A DNA stretch of 64,000 nt from Nitrospinaceae bacterium (lineage in GTDB: Bacteria > Nitrospinota > Nitrospinia > Nitrospinales > Nitrospinaceae). The notes under the pieces are model-generated. The model was not told the origin of the DNA, ran no database searches, and saw nothing but the letters and a program-made list of their open reading frames with translations. Where the stretch lies: assembly GCA_965223665.1 (NCBI GenBank), contig OZ245011.1, positions 2,496,001 to 2,560,000 on the forward strand. The letters are read 5' to 3'. A program made the translations under genes and the position numbers. Of this stretch, positions 1-11,189 are shown piece after piece; positions within the stretch are counted from its first letter, which is position 1; the number at the start of each line of letters is the position of its first letter.

Positions 1-742
1 TGGCAGGTTCCACCAATTTAGCCACTTTTTGTATTTTGTATTCGGCTGGAATTTCAATTTTCCTGGTAGTTGGAGGATTTGTCATTACTTGTCTTTTAAC
101 AATCTTATACTCAGCTGGTATTTCAATTGTACGAGTTGTCACAGGTACTTTTAATATTCTTTTAGATACTGTCTTATAAGTGGCTGGAATTTCTTTTAAA
201 CAAAGAATTTCTCCAGTAGTATGGTCAATCTTTTCAATTAACCCGTGCCCTTTTTCCCAAATAACATGTGCAGGTTTATCTATTACTTGTTCAGTGACGG
301 TTTCATATTGCGCAGGCACGACTTCCAAACGCTCAGAAGCTTCTTTGACCAAAACATTTTCTTCGATCCATTCGTAAGTGGCAGGAACTATTTCCAACCT
401 TTCAGAAGCTTCTTTTACCAAGACCTTTTCCTCAACAGTTTCGTAAACCGCAGGAATAATTTCTAACCGTTCAGATGCTTCTGATTTTAAAAGAGTAATA
501 GTCTCGGTTTTATATTTAGCTGGAACCAGGACTCGTGTGTAGCATCCACCTGGCCTGGGGTTGGGTGGAAATAATTCAGACCCAGCATCAGCCCCTTGAG
601 GTATATATTCCGTTTTGATAACTTTCCCACTAATTTCACTTTCAATGGGTTCAGCACCTACAAAGGAAAATCCTAGTAGGATTAACCCTACCATTAACAA
701 TCCCATTATTGATCTTTTCTCAAGATATTTTGTCGGATTCAT
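1..742 (-). CDS. Secreted repeat protein with 23-aa (I/V)PAxYExVxExVLVKEASERLE repeats, a family usually ending in a peptidoglycan-binding domain; 3' end runs off the window
   Basis: Missing from the ORF track. Hand translation from ATG 742 (GGGAGG SD upstream) gives MNPTKYLEKRSIMGLLMVGLILLGFSFVGAEP...PPNPRPGGCYTRVLVPAKY..., open to position 1, with a 69-nt repeat period. Confidence 0.8.
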   Translation of the reverse strand, partial: MNPTKYLEKRSIMGLLMVGLILLGFSFVGAEPIESEISGKVIKTEYIPQGADAGSELFPPNPRPGGCYTRVLVPAKYKTETITLLKSEASERLEIIPAVYETVEEKVLVKEASERLEIVPATYEWIEENVLVKEASERLEVVPAQYETVTEQVIDKPAHVIWEKGHGLIEKIDHTTGEILCLKEIPATYKTVSKRILKVPVTTRTIEIPAEYKIVKRQVMTNPPTTRKIEIPAEYKIQKVAKLVEPA

Positions 743-1453
743 TGAAATTCCTCCCTATAATTGATTGTTGGTCAATTCACCATCTAATGCTTTGTCTAAA
801 AACCAAGACAATAATTCCATAGATATAACCTTTTTAGAGTACCTGATTTTATTACAAGCTCTTTCTGTTACGCAAGGAAATTCAATGTTCCTATATGGTC
901 CCAACAGAAATTCGGAGTTAAAAGGTTTTAAATAACAATTGTTTAGTCTCTAAAAAAAATAACCTTTTATTGGTATCTTTTGGGACGTTTATTCTAAAAA
1001 TTAAATAATTTTATGCGCTTTTTAGGTTATTTGTTGTAACGGGGTGAGGTACGATTCAATAGAAAATAAGGGATAATTTGAATTTAAAAAATCAGGAATA
1101 CTACTTTTTCTTGATTGATTTTAATAAGGAATATAAAACTATTTTTCCTTACATTTAACAAAAGTTTGAAAATATTTTTCCGGAATATTTTACTATTTAC
1201 GTTTCAATGTTTGATTATTCTTAAATTGAGCCATTTTATTTAGGAGGTCCTCTGAACAGAAAAATTTTCATAACCCTTGATTTGATTTGATTTTGGTAGG
1301 GTAATCCTTTAGTATTCTCCTTTTTCTTATCTTATAAATTGAAGCATTGGGGAAATTATTTTCCTGAATCTCAATTTCTGCAAACAACCATTGATAACAT
1401 TTTTATTAATTTTATTTTGCATTAAAGACTTTCTTTAAAAAGGAAATTGGCTA

Positions 1454-3259
1454 ATGGAAACAAACTCCAATCCTTTAAAAATAACCGAAGTTGTCCTGAG
1501 GGATGCACACCAGTCCTTACTAGCGACTCGCATGAAAACTGAGGACATGCTTCCGATTGCTGAGAAATTGGACTCAGTAGGATTTTTCTCGCTAGAAATG
1601 TGGGGCGGAGCTACTTTTGATACCTGCATTCGATTCTTAAACGAAGACCCATGGGATAGAGTTCGTACTCTTAAAAAAAAGATGCCGAAAACTCCCTTTC
1701 AGATGTTGTTACGGGGACAAAACTGTGTGGGTTACCGGCATTATGCAGACGATATTGTTGAAAAGTTTGTAAAACAATCCGCAGATGTTGGTATTGATAT
1801 ATTTAGAATATTTGATGCTCTGAATGATTTAAGAAATATTGAAGTTGCTGTTAAAACTGCGAAAAAAGCAGGGGGAACCGTTGAAGGGTGTATTAGTTAT
1901 ACTGTAAGCCCCGTTCATAATAATGAACTTTATTTAAAAATGGCAAAGCAAATTGAAGAAATGGGTTCGGATATTCTTTGTATTAAGGACATGGCCGGGC
2001 TATTAACACCACAGGTTGCTGGTCCATTGATTAGAGAAATCAAAAAAACCATTAAAATTCCTGTACACCTACATTCACATGCAACCACTGGACTAGTCGG
2101 AATGAATATGCAATGTGCTATTGATGCAGGGGTAGATATGATAGACACTGCTATTTCAAGTCTATCGATGGGCACTTCCCATTATGCAACAGAATGCATA
2201 GTTGCGGCCCTGAAAGGAACTCCAAGAGATACCGGATTGGATCTTAGCCTTTTAGAAGAAATTGCTGATTATTTTAAAGAGGTTCGAAAAAATTACGCAG
2301 CCTTTGAAAGTAACTTTATTGGAGTCGATACGAAGATTCTAGAGTCTCAAATACCCGGGGGAATGATTTCGAATATGGAAAACCAATTGCGGGAACAAAA
2401 TGCTCTAGACAAAATGGATGAAGTTTTAAAAGAGGTGCCCCGAGTAAGAAAGGATTTGGGATATCCTCCATTGGTGACCCCTACCAGTCAAATTGTAGGA
2501 TCACAAGCAACACTAAATGTATTGACCGGAGAACGTTATAAAATCATTACCAAAGAAACACGTGAATGTGTCTTAGGAAAATATGGAAAACTTCCTGCAG
2601 AAATGGACGAAAGCCTTGTTCAAAAAGTAGCAAAAGATAAAAAAATAATTGATTGCCGTCCGGCTGATTTGTTAGTTCCAGAATGGGATACTATCAAGGA
2701 AGAAGCTGGGGATAAGGCCAAGTCAGATGAAGATTTACTTACTTACGCAATGTTTCCTAAAGTTGCGTTAAAGTTTTTCGAAACTCGCGGAAAGCCACAA
2801 CCAGAAACGGTTCCTCCATCGGGCAATGGTCAAAAAGCCGCACCAGCACCAACGAGTGCGCCTCCGCCCGCGGCACAAGTTGCCTCTCCACCTCAAGGTC
2901 CTGCGGTTTATAATGTAACTGTCAATGGACGACCATATACAGTTGAAGTTGGAGGAAGTCCAGGAGTTCCTGTAACGCCAACAGCCACTCCACCACCCGC
3001 TGCACCCGCAGCCCCAGTTGCCGCCCCAGCTCCAGCAGGTGGTGCAGCCAAAGCAATCACCGCTCCCTTACCAGGGTCTGTTTTTGCTATTAAAGTTAAT
3101 GTTGGAGACACAGTTAATGAGGGAGACACGGTAATTATTTTGGAATCGATGAAAATGGAAACCGAGGTTCATTCCAATGTATCGGGAACTGTCGATTCTA
3201 TTTTGGTTCAAGAGGGTGCAAATATTCAGACCGGTGATCAATTGATCTTAATTGCGTAA
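1454..3259 (+). CDS. oadA: Oxaloacetate decarboxylase alpha subunit / pyruvate carboxylase carboxyltransferase-biotin carrier subunit
   Basis: [31 protein letters not shown] metal motif, Pro/Ala linker, C-terminal biotinyl domain ESMKM; adjacent to beta and gamma subunits. Confidence 0.92.
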   Translation: METNSNPLKITEVVLRDAHQSLLATRMKTEDMLPIAEKLDSVGFFSLEMWGGATFDTCIRFLNEDPWDRVRTLKKKMPKTPFQMLLRGQNCVGYRHYADDIVEKFVKQSADVGIDIFRIFDALNDLRNIEVAVKTAKKAGGTVEGCISYTVSPVHNNELYLKMAKQIEEMGSDILCIKDMAGLLTPQVAGPLIREIKKTIKIPVHLHSHATTGLVGMNMQCAIDAGVDMIDTAISSLSMGTSHYATECIVAALKGTPRDTGLDLSLLEEIADYFKEVRKNYAAFESNFIGVDTKILESQIPGGMISNMENQLREQNALDKMDEVLKEVPRVRKDLGYPPLVTPTSQIVGSQATLNVLTGERYKIITKETRECVLGKYGKLPAEMDESLVQKVAKDKKIIDCRPADLLVPEWDTIKEEAGDKAKSDEDLLTYAMFPKVALKFFETRGKPQPETVPPSGNGQKAAPAPTSAPPPAAQVASPPQGPAVYNVTVNGRPYTVEVGGSPGVPVTPTATPPPAAPAAPVAAPAPAGGAAKAITAPLPGSVFAIKVNVGDTVNEGDTVIILESMKMETEVHSNVSGTVDSILVQEGANIQTGDQLILIA

Positions 3260-4461
3260 TGGAATTCAATCTACAAGAAGCTATATCTAAAATACTGAGC
3301 TCCACTGGTTTTCTAGGGTTAACTCCCGGACATTGCGTTATGCTGGCAGTGGCTTGTGCTCTCATTTATCTGGCTATATGGAAAAAGTTTGAGCCCTTAC
3401 TTTTGTTGCCAATTGGTTTTGGCTGCATGTTAGCTAATTTACCGTTTAGCATGATGGCCAGTACAGATGCCGGAGGTTTGTTTAATACTTTTTATTATGG
3501 AGTTAAACATGAAATTCTCCCCCCACTAATTTTCATGGGGGTAGGTGCACTTACAGATTTTGGCCCCTTATTAGCCAATCCAACGACTTTATTATTAGGA
3601 GCTGCAGCTCAAATTGGAGTATACACCACCTTAGTGGGGGCTGTATATTTAGGATTTGATTTAAAAGAAGCCAGCGCTATAGGGATAATTGGGGGTGCAG
3701 ATGGACCCACTTCAATTTTTTTAGCGGCTAAATTGGCTCCTCATTTATTAGGGCCCATTGCCGTTGCGGCATACTCATACATGTCTTTGGTTCCTCTAAT
3801 TCAGCCTCCTATAATGCGTTTTTTCACTTCCGAAAAAGAACGCAAGATTAAAATGGAGCAATTAAAACCTATTTCCCAAACTGTTAAAATCATATTTCCA
3901 GTAGCTGTTACAATTATTTGTGTATTAATGTTACCTGGAGTAGCTCCTTTGTTGGGAATGTTTATGCTGGGAAATATTTTTCGTGAAAGTGGTGTCACAG
4001 GTCGATTAAATGAAACCGCACAAACTCATTTAATTAATATTGTTACCATTATGCTAGCCACTGCCGTTGGATCCTCTATGACTGCTGAAACATTCTTAAC
4101 TCTAGATACAATAAAGATTATTGTTTTAGGACTACTGGCATTTATTATGGCAACTGCGGGTGGGGTTCTCTTTGGAAAAATCATGTGTGTGATTAGCGGA
4201 GGAAAAGTTAATCCATTAATTGGATCTGCGGGGGTTTCTGCGGTTCCCATGGCAGCACGGGTTTCTCAAAAAGTTGGCCAAGAGGAGGATAAATCAAATT
4301 TTCTTTTAATGCATGCTATGGGTCCCAACGTGGCAGGGGTTATTGGTAGTGCGGTGGCAGCAGGTGTTTTTCTCTCTTTATTTGGTGGTCCTTCGGATGC
4401 GGGTACTTCGCACGCTACATTAGAAACGTTACAAGTTGTAAAATCTACTTTAGGAAAATAA
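3259..4461 (+). CDS. oadB: Na+-translocating decarboxylase beta subunit
   Basis: [52 protein letters not shown]; 1-nt overlap with oadA (TAATG). Confidence 0.95.
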   Translation: MEFNLQEAISKILSSTGFLGLTPGHCVMLAVACALIYLAIWKKFEPLLLLPIGFGCMLANLPFSMMASTDAGGLFNTFYYGVKHEILPPLIFMGVGALTDFGPLLANPTTLLLGAAAQIGVYTTLVGAVYLGFDLKEASAIGIIGGADGPTSIFLAAKLAPHLLGPIAVAAYSYMSLVPLIQPPIMRFFTSEKERKIKMEQLKPISQTVKIIFPVAVTIICVLMLPGVAPLLGMFMLGNIFRESGVTGRLNETAQTHLINIVTIMLATAVGSSMTAETFLTLDTIKIIVLGLLAFIMATAGGVLFGKIMCVISGGKVNPLIGSAGVSAVPMAARVSQKVGQEEDKSNFLLMHAMGPNVAGVIGSAVAAGVFLSLFGGPSDAGTSHATLETLQVVKSTLGK

Positions 4462-4464
4462 TTA

Positions 4465-4737
4465 ATGGTTTGGAACTCTATTCAGGTATCTTTTTTAGCC
4501 ATGGGTGTTATTTTTTTGGTTTTGTCCTCACTCATTGGCGTCATCAAATTATTAGATAAATTAATACCCTATAAAGCGCCTCCACCTGCTCCTCCTAAAC
4601 CTTCACCTACCCGGGCCAAGCCACAAACTTCCCCTTCGGAAGATGAAGAACATATTGCCGCCATTCAAGCCGTTTTAGCCTTTCATTTAGGTAAACAACC
4701 GCAACAAATTCATGTTTCTAATATTCAGGACCGATAA
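4465..4737 (+). CDS. oadG: Na+-translocating decarboxylase gamma subunit (OadG family)
   Basis: N-terminal TM (MGVIFLVLSSLI), Pro-rich linker, EEHIAAIQAVLAFH helix typical of OadG. Confidence 0.85.
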   Translation: MVWNSIQVSFLAMGVIFLVLSSLIGVIKLLDKLIPYKAPPPAPPKPSPTRAKPQTSPSEDEEHIAAIQAVLAFHLGKQPQQIHVSNIQDR

Positions 4738-4749
4738 TTTATAAACTTT

Positions 4750-7700
4750 TTACTTACTTCCTATAGAAGAGGGAACAGATAGGATATTTTGTGGAGTTTG
4801 TAAAAGACTTTTTAAGGTTCCAACCACTTTTTTCCCAAGAGTGGTTAAAGGTACAGAACTGACCTTAGGGTCCACAAAAGGACCTTTCACGGAATAATAA
4901 TTTTTTATTACACTTCCCTCATCTCCCCCGGTAACTATTTTTCCCACTACAGGAATCTTTTTAAAAAAATCATCCAAACCCTTTAAAGGAGCCACACCAA
5001 TTACTGTATTCATTGTATTTTTATTTAGGTCAAAGTTCCCAATTAAGGAAAACTTTTGGTTAGGATTTTCGTAGTAAAAATTCTCCGTATGAGCAATACC
5101 CCCAACCACATCAAAGTCTCCTGAAATCTTAATAAAATCCGAACTGGGAGATTTCAAGCGTTCCATGTTTTCATGTTCATCCAAAGGAAAACCAAACAAC
5201 TGACAAGCTCCATTCATCAACCTACCTACATGAATCTTACCTTTATCAATTATGAAATGGATATGCCCACCTAAATTTCTTTTGAAATCGCTCCAATTCC
5301 AACTTGTACTTTGAAAATCTAACTTTAAATATTTCATTTCTCCTGTCAGACTTTGATAAAACAAATCCTTAAAAATCCGGAAAAAACCTTTACTCTTTAT
5401 CTGGTTTCCTGTAATAGATCCCTGCCATTTGGGTTCCTCAAGGTTTCTTAAATTCAAAACGGCATTCATCATAAGTTGACTTTCTTTTGGCAACCCAACA
5501 ACCAATTTTTTTGTTTCAAGCATTCTATTTTTATAATAAAATTTTCCTCTAACATTTTTTAAGTCCAAAAAGGGATCCGAATAATCAGCCAAATTTACTT
5601 GAATTTTTGCAGAACCATTATCGAGAATACCCAAATTCAAAATTTTTCTTAAAACTGATTCCCTTGACTCTGAATTATCAAATGAAATAAAATCATCCAA
5701 CCGTAATATTTTTCCACCAATCTTGAGATCAGCTTGTGGAAATTTACTCATAAATATTTCTGATTCGATATCAATGTTTGTCCTACCAGAAATAAGGTTA
5801 CCGTTTTTAAACTCGAAATTTGAATTCAAAAATTTCAAGTTACCGCTCAATTGGACAGGCCGAATCAAATAAGGAGTTTTTATTTTCCAATTTTTTAATA
5901 CCAGGTCACCTTTATATTGATATTCCTCAGGTTTATCAAAAGCTCCCTCGCTATGTAATTCAAAATCAGCCAGACCCTGTTGAGTTCCATTTAGCAGATC
6001 AAAATAGGAAGAAAAAGAACGAAGGTTAATATTTCTAGAACCCAAATTTAATTTAAACTCCGGTTTTTCGAATCCAATGATATTGCCGCTCCCCAAGATT
6101 TTATTTCCATCTAATTCAATTTCCAATTTGTTAAAAATAATTTCTCCCTTGGGATCTAATTTTGCAAAGGCCTCAATATGGTTAGATACTTTTTCAGGCT
6201 TTGAAAACTTTTCAGGAAAGCTATAGGACGTATTAGTTAAATCAATATGACTCTCAATATTCATTTCACTTTTAAGGAAATTAACCCCTACCGAAACATT
6301 AGCAGGTCCAGCATAGTCTACTTTTCTCAATATAGGAATGTCCTTAAAATCTTTGCTCATAAAATCTGATGATTGAAATAAAATCTTCATATTAGATTTT
6401 TTTCCTTTATACCCACTAATTTCTCCCTCCAAATGGATAGGTGAATCTCCATAAAAAGCCTTTTGAGTTTTGATTGAAACTTTTTGGTCATTCCATTCCA
6501 ATAATGCATTCAACTGATTTATGGGTCGAAATCCATTAATATAATTGAAGGATGCATTTTTTAATTGGATATGCGACTTTTTCAAGCGTCTATCTTTTAA
6601 GGGATGAAGTCCCTCCTCATAATAAAAGTCTGCCTCCCCGTTTAAAAATTTGATTTTTTTTATAATTTTTACCAGTTGTGGATTAGTATCTTCAGGAAGT
6701 AGGTGTTGGGCATTCCAATTTTTCCATTCAAAGGTCCCTTGGTATTTTTGATTAGGTACTCTTTTTTTAATGTATATTTCTCCATTAAATTTTTTAACTA
6801 GCAATCCAGAGTATTCTCCAGAAAACTTCTTTAAAAAAATCTCCCACGGTCTTTTAATAACATCCTGATTAGATAGTTTGAGCTTCATTGGGTCAGTTTC
6901 AAATTCAACTTCTCCTTGAACATTGGTGAATGGATGAGTAAAACTTTTTTCTTCTATATAAGTATCACTTATGTTAATTTTTCCTTGAATGCCTATATCC
7001 TCAGGCCTTAAAGGACCCGTTACATTTATTGCCCCTTGAAATTTTCCCAAAAGTTTTTCGACTCCATAACCAAATTCCTTGGAATCTTTAAAAGGGAACA
7101 AATAAAAAACTACTTCCTCTAAGTTAGTAAGACTCCCCGCACCACTAATTATTAAATCTAAATTGGGATCGTATCCAACATCAGTTATTTTTCCTTCTAT
7201 TTTTAAACCTTTTAGTTTCCTAAAGTCCGCTGTTTGTATTTCCAAAAATGAAGTTTCCTTTTCAAATTGATATTTTCCAACTAAATGCCTGAGCTCAGGA
7301 AATTCGGGACCTAAATCCACACGATTAAAATTTAAATTTACCCTCAATTTTCGTCGATTTTCAGGATGGATTACTTCAAGAAATTGCTCAAATGATCCTT
7401 CATATTTAAGTGATTCAATAATTAATTTTCCTTTGGAAAAACACTTAAGAAACTTTTTAAAAACCGCTTCGGGTAAAATTTGGAAGGGTAAATAATGAAG
7501 CGAATTTTCTATAAAAAATTCATTTGAGGAAAGGGATCCATTTATTTTGGGATTACTAGAAAACACATCACTTATTTCGCCTGTTGCATCTACTTGAAAA
7601 GAACCCCCAAGATAAGTCAATTCATTAAAAAAAATGCTTTCATCTTCGAATTTCATTTCAAATTGAACTTTTTCTCCCACCGGAGTGTTTGCTTGTGAAA

Positions 7701-8589
7701 TATACTCACCACTATTATCAACTTCATCCCAAATCTCAATTACTCCTCTAGACAAATTGCTTTTTAGCAAAACTCCCTTAATTTCACATTCAATATTTAT
7801 TAATCGTGTTCTAGGAATTTGAGAGAGAAGTTGTGATCCATAAGGCTCTAATGTTTTCAAACCCAATTTTTCTATTTTAACGCTTGCTGAATAATTGGCT
7901 TGTTTAGAACCGAGGAGTGAAGAAAGTTTAATTTTCCCATCAAATGAAATGGAGGATTTTATTTTCTCCCCATCATAGGGTGGAATTTCACCATTTAATT
8001 GAAAAGCTATATTTGAACTTAAAAAAGGCTTCTTCAAATTTAAAGAAATATTATCAATGGGTATGAGGACACCTTGGGGTTTGTTTACAAAACGATCTTC
8101 AAATAAAATCCGGCTATCTTTCAACTTTAATTCATAACTCAAACTGGTTTGCCAAAGAGAAAATGATGATGCCTTCTTAAATTTTGGGATGGAATAAGAT
8201 CCTCCAAATGAAATATTACCCAATTCATTTCTAATCACCTTTAAAAAAACCCCCTCCCCCTCCAGTCTTTTAATCCGAATATTTCTTTTTAATAAATGTA
8301 TCAACCGTATTGCGATTTGAATTTTCTCTGCCGACCCATCAATTTGACCATTCTCTTTATTTCTAAACTTCACCTGATTCAGTCGAATTTTAAAGATTTC
8401 TGATATTTCAAAATCAGCCTCCGTTAAAGAAACCTCTTTTTGTGTAATTCGACTAAGTTCTTCTACTACCAGTTGTCTAATAAGTTCTTTATCACTAAGC
8501 TGATAATATAAAACCAACGCTCCCACCAATAAAACTAAGCATATTACTAGGGTTAAACTAAAGAAGATTTTTTTAATAACTCGTCGCAT
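4750..8589 (-). CDS. AsmA-like/YhdP-family envelope lipid-bridge protein
   Basis: 1279 aa, single N-terminal anchor, beta-rich body, C-terminal KIPVVGKIVTG...YYSVKGPFVDPKVS motif typical of AsmA_2. Confidence 0.8.
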   Translation of the reverse strand: MRRVIKKIFFSLTLVICLVLLVGALVLYYQLSDKELIRQLVVEELSRITQKEVSLTEADFEISEIFKIRLNQVKFRNKENGQIDGSAEKIQIAIRLIHLLKRNIRIKRLEGEGVFLKVIRNELGNISFGGSYSIPKFKKASSFSLWQTSLSYELKLKDSRILFEDRFVNKPQGVLIPIDNISLNLKKPFLSSNIAFQLNGEIPPYDGEKIKSSISFDGKIKLSSLLGSKQANYSASVKIEKLGLKTLEPYGSQLLSQIPRTRLINIECEIKGVLLKSNLSRGVIEIWDEVDNSGEYISQANTPVGEKVQFEMKFEDESIFFNELTYLGGSFQVDATGEISDVFSSNPKINGSLSSNEFFIENSLHYLPFQILPEAVFKKFLKCFSKGKLIIESLKYEGSFEQFLEVIHPENRRKLRVNLNFNRVDLGPEFPELRHLVGKYQFEKETSFLEIQTADFRKLKGLKIEGKITDVGYDPNLDLIISGAGSLTNLEEVVFYLFPFKDSKEFGYGVEKLLGKFQGAINVTGPLRPEDIGIQGKINISDTYIEEKSFTHPFTNVQGEVEFETDPMKLKLSNQDVIKRPWEIFLKKFSGEYSGLLVKKFNGEIYIKKRVPNQKYQGTFEWKNWNAQHLLPEDTNPQLVKIIKKIKFLNGEADFYYEEGLHPLKDRRLKKSHIQLKNASFNYINGFRPINQLNALLEWNDQKVSIKTQKAFYGDSPIHLEGEISGYKGKKSNMKILFQSSDFMSKDFKDIPILRKVDYAGPANVSVGVNFLKSEMNIESHIDLTNTSYSFPEKFSKPEKVSNHIEAFAKLDPKGEIIFNKLEIELDGNKILGSGNIIGFEKPEFKLNLGSRNINLRSFSSYFDLLNGTQQGLADFELHSEGAFDKPEEYQYKGDLVLKNWKIKTPYLIRPVQLSGNLKFLNSNFEFKNGNLISGRTNIDIESEIFMSKFPQADLKIGGKILRLDDFISFDNSESRESVLRKILNLGILDNGSAKIQVNLADYSDPFLDLKNVRGKFYYKNRMLETKKLVVGLPKESQLMMNAVLNLRNLEEPKWQGSITGNQIKSKGFFRIFKDLFYQSLTGEMKYLKLDFQSTSWNWSDFKRNLGGHIHFIIDKGKIHVGRLMNGACQLFGFPLDEHENMERLKSPSSDFIKISGDFDVVGGIAHTENFYYENPNQKFSLIGNFDLNKNTMNTVIGVAPLKGLDDFFKKIPVVGKIVTGGDEGSVIKNYYSVKGPFVDPKVSSVPLTTLGKKVVGTLKSLLQTPQNILSVPSSIGSK

Positions 8590-8758
8590 TTAAATTGGGA
8601 AAAGTATGGAGTGTATTAAAAATGTAGGGTAATTGCCTGATTGGAGTATATCAAATCAAAACTACTTAATTTAAAGAAAACCTTTGGCATCCTTTAATAG
8701 TAACTATATTATTAACAAGGGGAAAATAAAAACATTATAAAGGATTTAAATTGTAACC

Positions 8759-9544
8759 ATGAGTCAAAAAACTCAGGATATTCTTTACGGAATTCACCCT
8801 ATTGAAAGCGCTTTAAAAAATCCAGGCCGACAATGCCACAAGATCGTTCTTGAAGAAGGCAAGCCAAATGAACGCTTAAGTTCCTTAATTTCTTACGCAA
8901 AAAAAATGGGAGTTCGCATAGAATTCCTTCCCAAAAACCCATTTCGAAAAAAATATGGCGCTCATGTACATCAAGGTATTATCGGAATTTTTTCTCCTAT
9001 TAAATTACTCGAACTGGAAGAATTTCTAGATTCCGTTTTTCAAATCACCCCAAATCCTATTATAGCGCTATTAGATGAAATTCAAGATCCTCAAAACATG
9101 GGAGCCATTATTCGTTCCGCCTACTTTTTAGGTATCCAAGGAATCATTATTCCAAAAAGAAGGACTGTACCTTTGAATAAAACAGTTGCTAAATGCGCTT
9201 CCGGTGCATTGGAGTATTTGCCGGTGGCTGAGGTCACCAATTTGGCAAGAACAATTGAAAAATTAAAGAAATCTCAATTCTGGATAATTGGGATTGATGC
9301 AAAAGGGGAGCGTCCCTGCTTTGATATGGATTTCAAGGAACCCACAGCATTAATAATTGGTGGGGAAAATAAAGGAATTCGACCCTTAATCAAAAAGTCT
9401 TGCGATGTTTCCATTTCGATACCAATGGCGAATTTATCTGGTTCACTAAACGCCTCAGTGGCAGGTTCAATTATTTTTTATGAAATATTAAGACAACGGA
9501 AGAGTTTGTCAGGATCTCCACAGATTAAAAAACCGGAGGGTTAA
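8759..9544 (+). CDS. rlmB: 23S rRNA (Gm2251) 2'-O-methyltransferase
   Basis: YGIHPI N-domain; LDEIQDPQNMGAIIRSA, GGENKGIR, IPM...SLNASVA SPOUT motifs. Confidence 0.92.
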   Translation: MSQKTQDILYGIHPIESALKNPGRQCHKIVLEEGKPNERLSSLISYAKKMGVRIEFLPKNPFRKKYGAHVHQGIIGIFSPIKLLELEEFLDSVFQITPNPIIALLDEIQDPQNMGAIIRSAYFLGIQGIIIPKRRTVPLNKTVAKCASGALEYLPVAEVTNLARTIEKLKKSQFWIIGIDAKGERPCFDMDFKEPTALIIGGENKGIRPLIKKSCDVSISIPMANLSGSLNASVAGSIIFYEILRQRKSLSGSPQIKKPEG

Positions 9545-9546
9545 AA

Positions 9547-9750
9547 TTAACCTGCTCCCCGACGCATTGCAGACTTTCTTTTCTTTTTAGCTTCCTTCTG
9601 TTTTCTTTTCTTTTTAACGGAAGGTTTTTCGTAAAATCGACGACGTTTTAACTCTTTTAATAATCCCTCTTTTGTCATTTGCCTTTTCAAGGCTTTCAAA
9701 GCTTTATCCACTTGATTTTGGTGTACTGTTACTTCTAACAAAAAATCCAA
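9547..9750 (-). CDS. rpsU: 30S ribosomal protein S21
   Basis: VDKALKALKRQMTKEGLLKELKRRRFYEKPSVKKKRK; TTG start with GGAGG SD. Confidence 0.95.
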   Translation of the reverse strand: MDFLLEVTVHQNQVDKALKALKRQMTKEGLLKELKRRRFYEKPSVKKKRKQKEAKKKRKSAMRRGAG

Positions 9751-9903
9751 CCTCCTTAAATATTAATGGATTGCGGGTTCGCCCCAATTGTTTTGATTGA
9801 GATAAAGATGTTATTATTAAGGAAGTTAGAGGGGATGTCAAGAGGGATATAAAAATCGCCGTGCCCTTTTAGTTATTACATTCATTTACCAAGCAAACTA
9901 AAA

Positions 9904-11148
9904 ATGCCTTTAAAATTAATAAGTTACCACATCACACTCCTTAAAACCTTTAAAATTGTTTTCTTGATCCTTATTGCTCTAAACTTCGGTCATTCCCTGG
10001 GCCGGGCGGAGACTGAATTCTCAATTCCCAATAATGGTTCCCCTTACCGATCCATTGGAGATTTAGAAATCGGTCAAATTCTCCATATTCCCACTGGTGT
10101 GATAGTGAATTTTGATCAAATGATGGATACCGTTTCCAGTTCAAGAGTAATCTATATTGGAGAAACTCACGACAATATTGAAGCCCACCGTATTCAACTA
10201 AAGGTTCTAAACGCAATTAATCAAAGATATCCTGGAAAAATTGCGCTTGGCATGGAAATGTTTCGCCAATCAGCACAACCTCAATTAGATGAATGGTCTA
10301 CAGGGAAATTAAAGGATAAAAATTTTCGTCGATTATTTCGCGAAAACTGGGGATCCGGGTTTCAATTATATGCACCTATATTTGATTTTGCACGCCAAAA
10401 TCACATTCCACTATTGGGGTTGAAATCCTCTAAAGAAACCGAGCAACGTTTTCGCGAAGAGGGACTGAACCTGCCAAATCTGCCTACTCTAGATACAAAT
10501 GATATTTACCATAAAGCTTATTCCATGTCTTTATTTGGTGGGAATAGCACACACAAGGAAGTGGTTTCCAAACCTTACCAAATGCTGGTTCTTTGGGAAG
10601 AAGCTATGGGAAAACGCGTTGCTCAGTTTTTAAGTAATGAAAAATACAAAGATTGGAAGCTGGTCGTTTTGGCGGGTGGTTTTCATGTTCAGTATGGTTA
10701 TGGCATTCCCAAACGAGCCTTTCGTCGCTTTCCTCATGCCTATTCTATTATTCTTCCCACTGTAACTGAAATACCCGAAAACTTGAAAGATCGGGAAATG
10801 AAATTTGAAAAAGTTTCCACACCCTTATACATTGCCGATTTTGGATGGAAAGTTGAATATAGGGTCCCTCCACCAAAAAAAATAAGGCTAGGAATTCATT
10901 TAAAAGAAAAAGACGATGGCTTATTAATCCTTAGCGTCCAACCTGAATCTTCGGCAGAAAATATGGGATTGAAAAAAAATGATCTCATCTTGAAATTGGA
11001 AAATCATTTAATTATTGATGTAGAAGACCTATCCAATAAATTACAGCAACACAAATTTGGAGATATTATAGAACTTGAAATAAAAAGGGACGGTGAAACC
11101 AAACAAATTCAAGGGACCCTTAAGGAAATAAAAAATCAAAAAAAATAA
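9904..11148 (+). CDS. ChaN-family (haem/iron-uptake-like) protein with C-terminal PDZ domain
   Basis: VIYIGETHDN..H..QL, ALGMEMF, VVLAGGFHV ChaN/Tiki-fold motifs; RLGIHL...SSAENMGLKKNDLI PDZ domain. Confidence 0.8.
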   Translation: MPLKLISYHITLLKTFKIVFLILIALNFGHSLGRAETEFSIPNNGSPYRSIGDLEIGQILHIPTGVIVNFDQMMDTVSSSRVIYIGETHDNIEAHRIQLKVLNAINQRYPGKIALGMEMFRQSAQPQLDEWSTGKLKDKNFRRLFRENWGSGFQLYAPIFDFARQNHIPLLGLKSSKETEQRFREEGLNLPNLPTLDTNDIYHKAYSMSLFGGNSTHKEVVSKPYQMLVLWEEAMGKRVAQFLSNEKYKDWKLVVLAGGFHVQYGYGIPKRAFRRFPHAYSIILPTVTEIPENLKDREMKFEKVSTPLYIADFGWKVEYRVPPPKKIRLGIHLKEKDDGLLILSVQPESSAENMGLKKNDLILKLENHLIIDVEDLSNKLQQHKFGDIIELEIKRDGETKQIQGTLKEIKNQKK

Positions 11149-11155
11149 AAAAAAC

Positions 11156-11184
11156 TTGATCAATTTTTTCGATTTTTATAGTAT
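11156..11184 (+). promoter_or_regulatory. sigma70-type promoter, predicted to give a leaderless mRNA for the ORF at 11190
   Basis: TTGATC-N17-TAGTAT; the ATG lies 6 nt after the -10 and has no SD. Confidence 0.6.
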
Positions 11185-11189
11185 GCGGC

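Noticed and set aside
180-466. Two short plus-strand ORFs
   Set aside because: Antisense to the real minus-strand repeat-protein gene (742 to <1).
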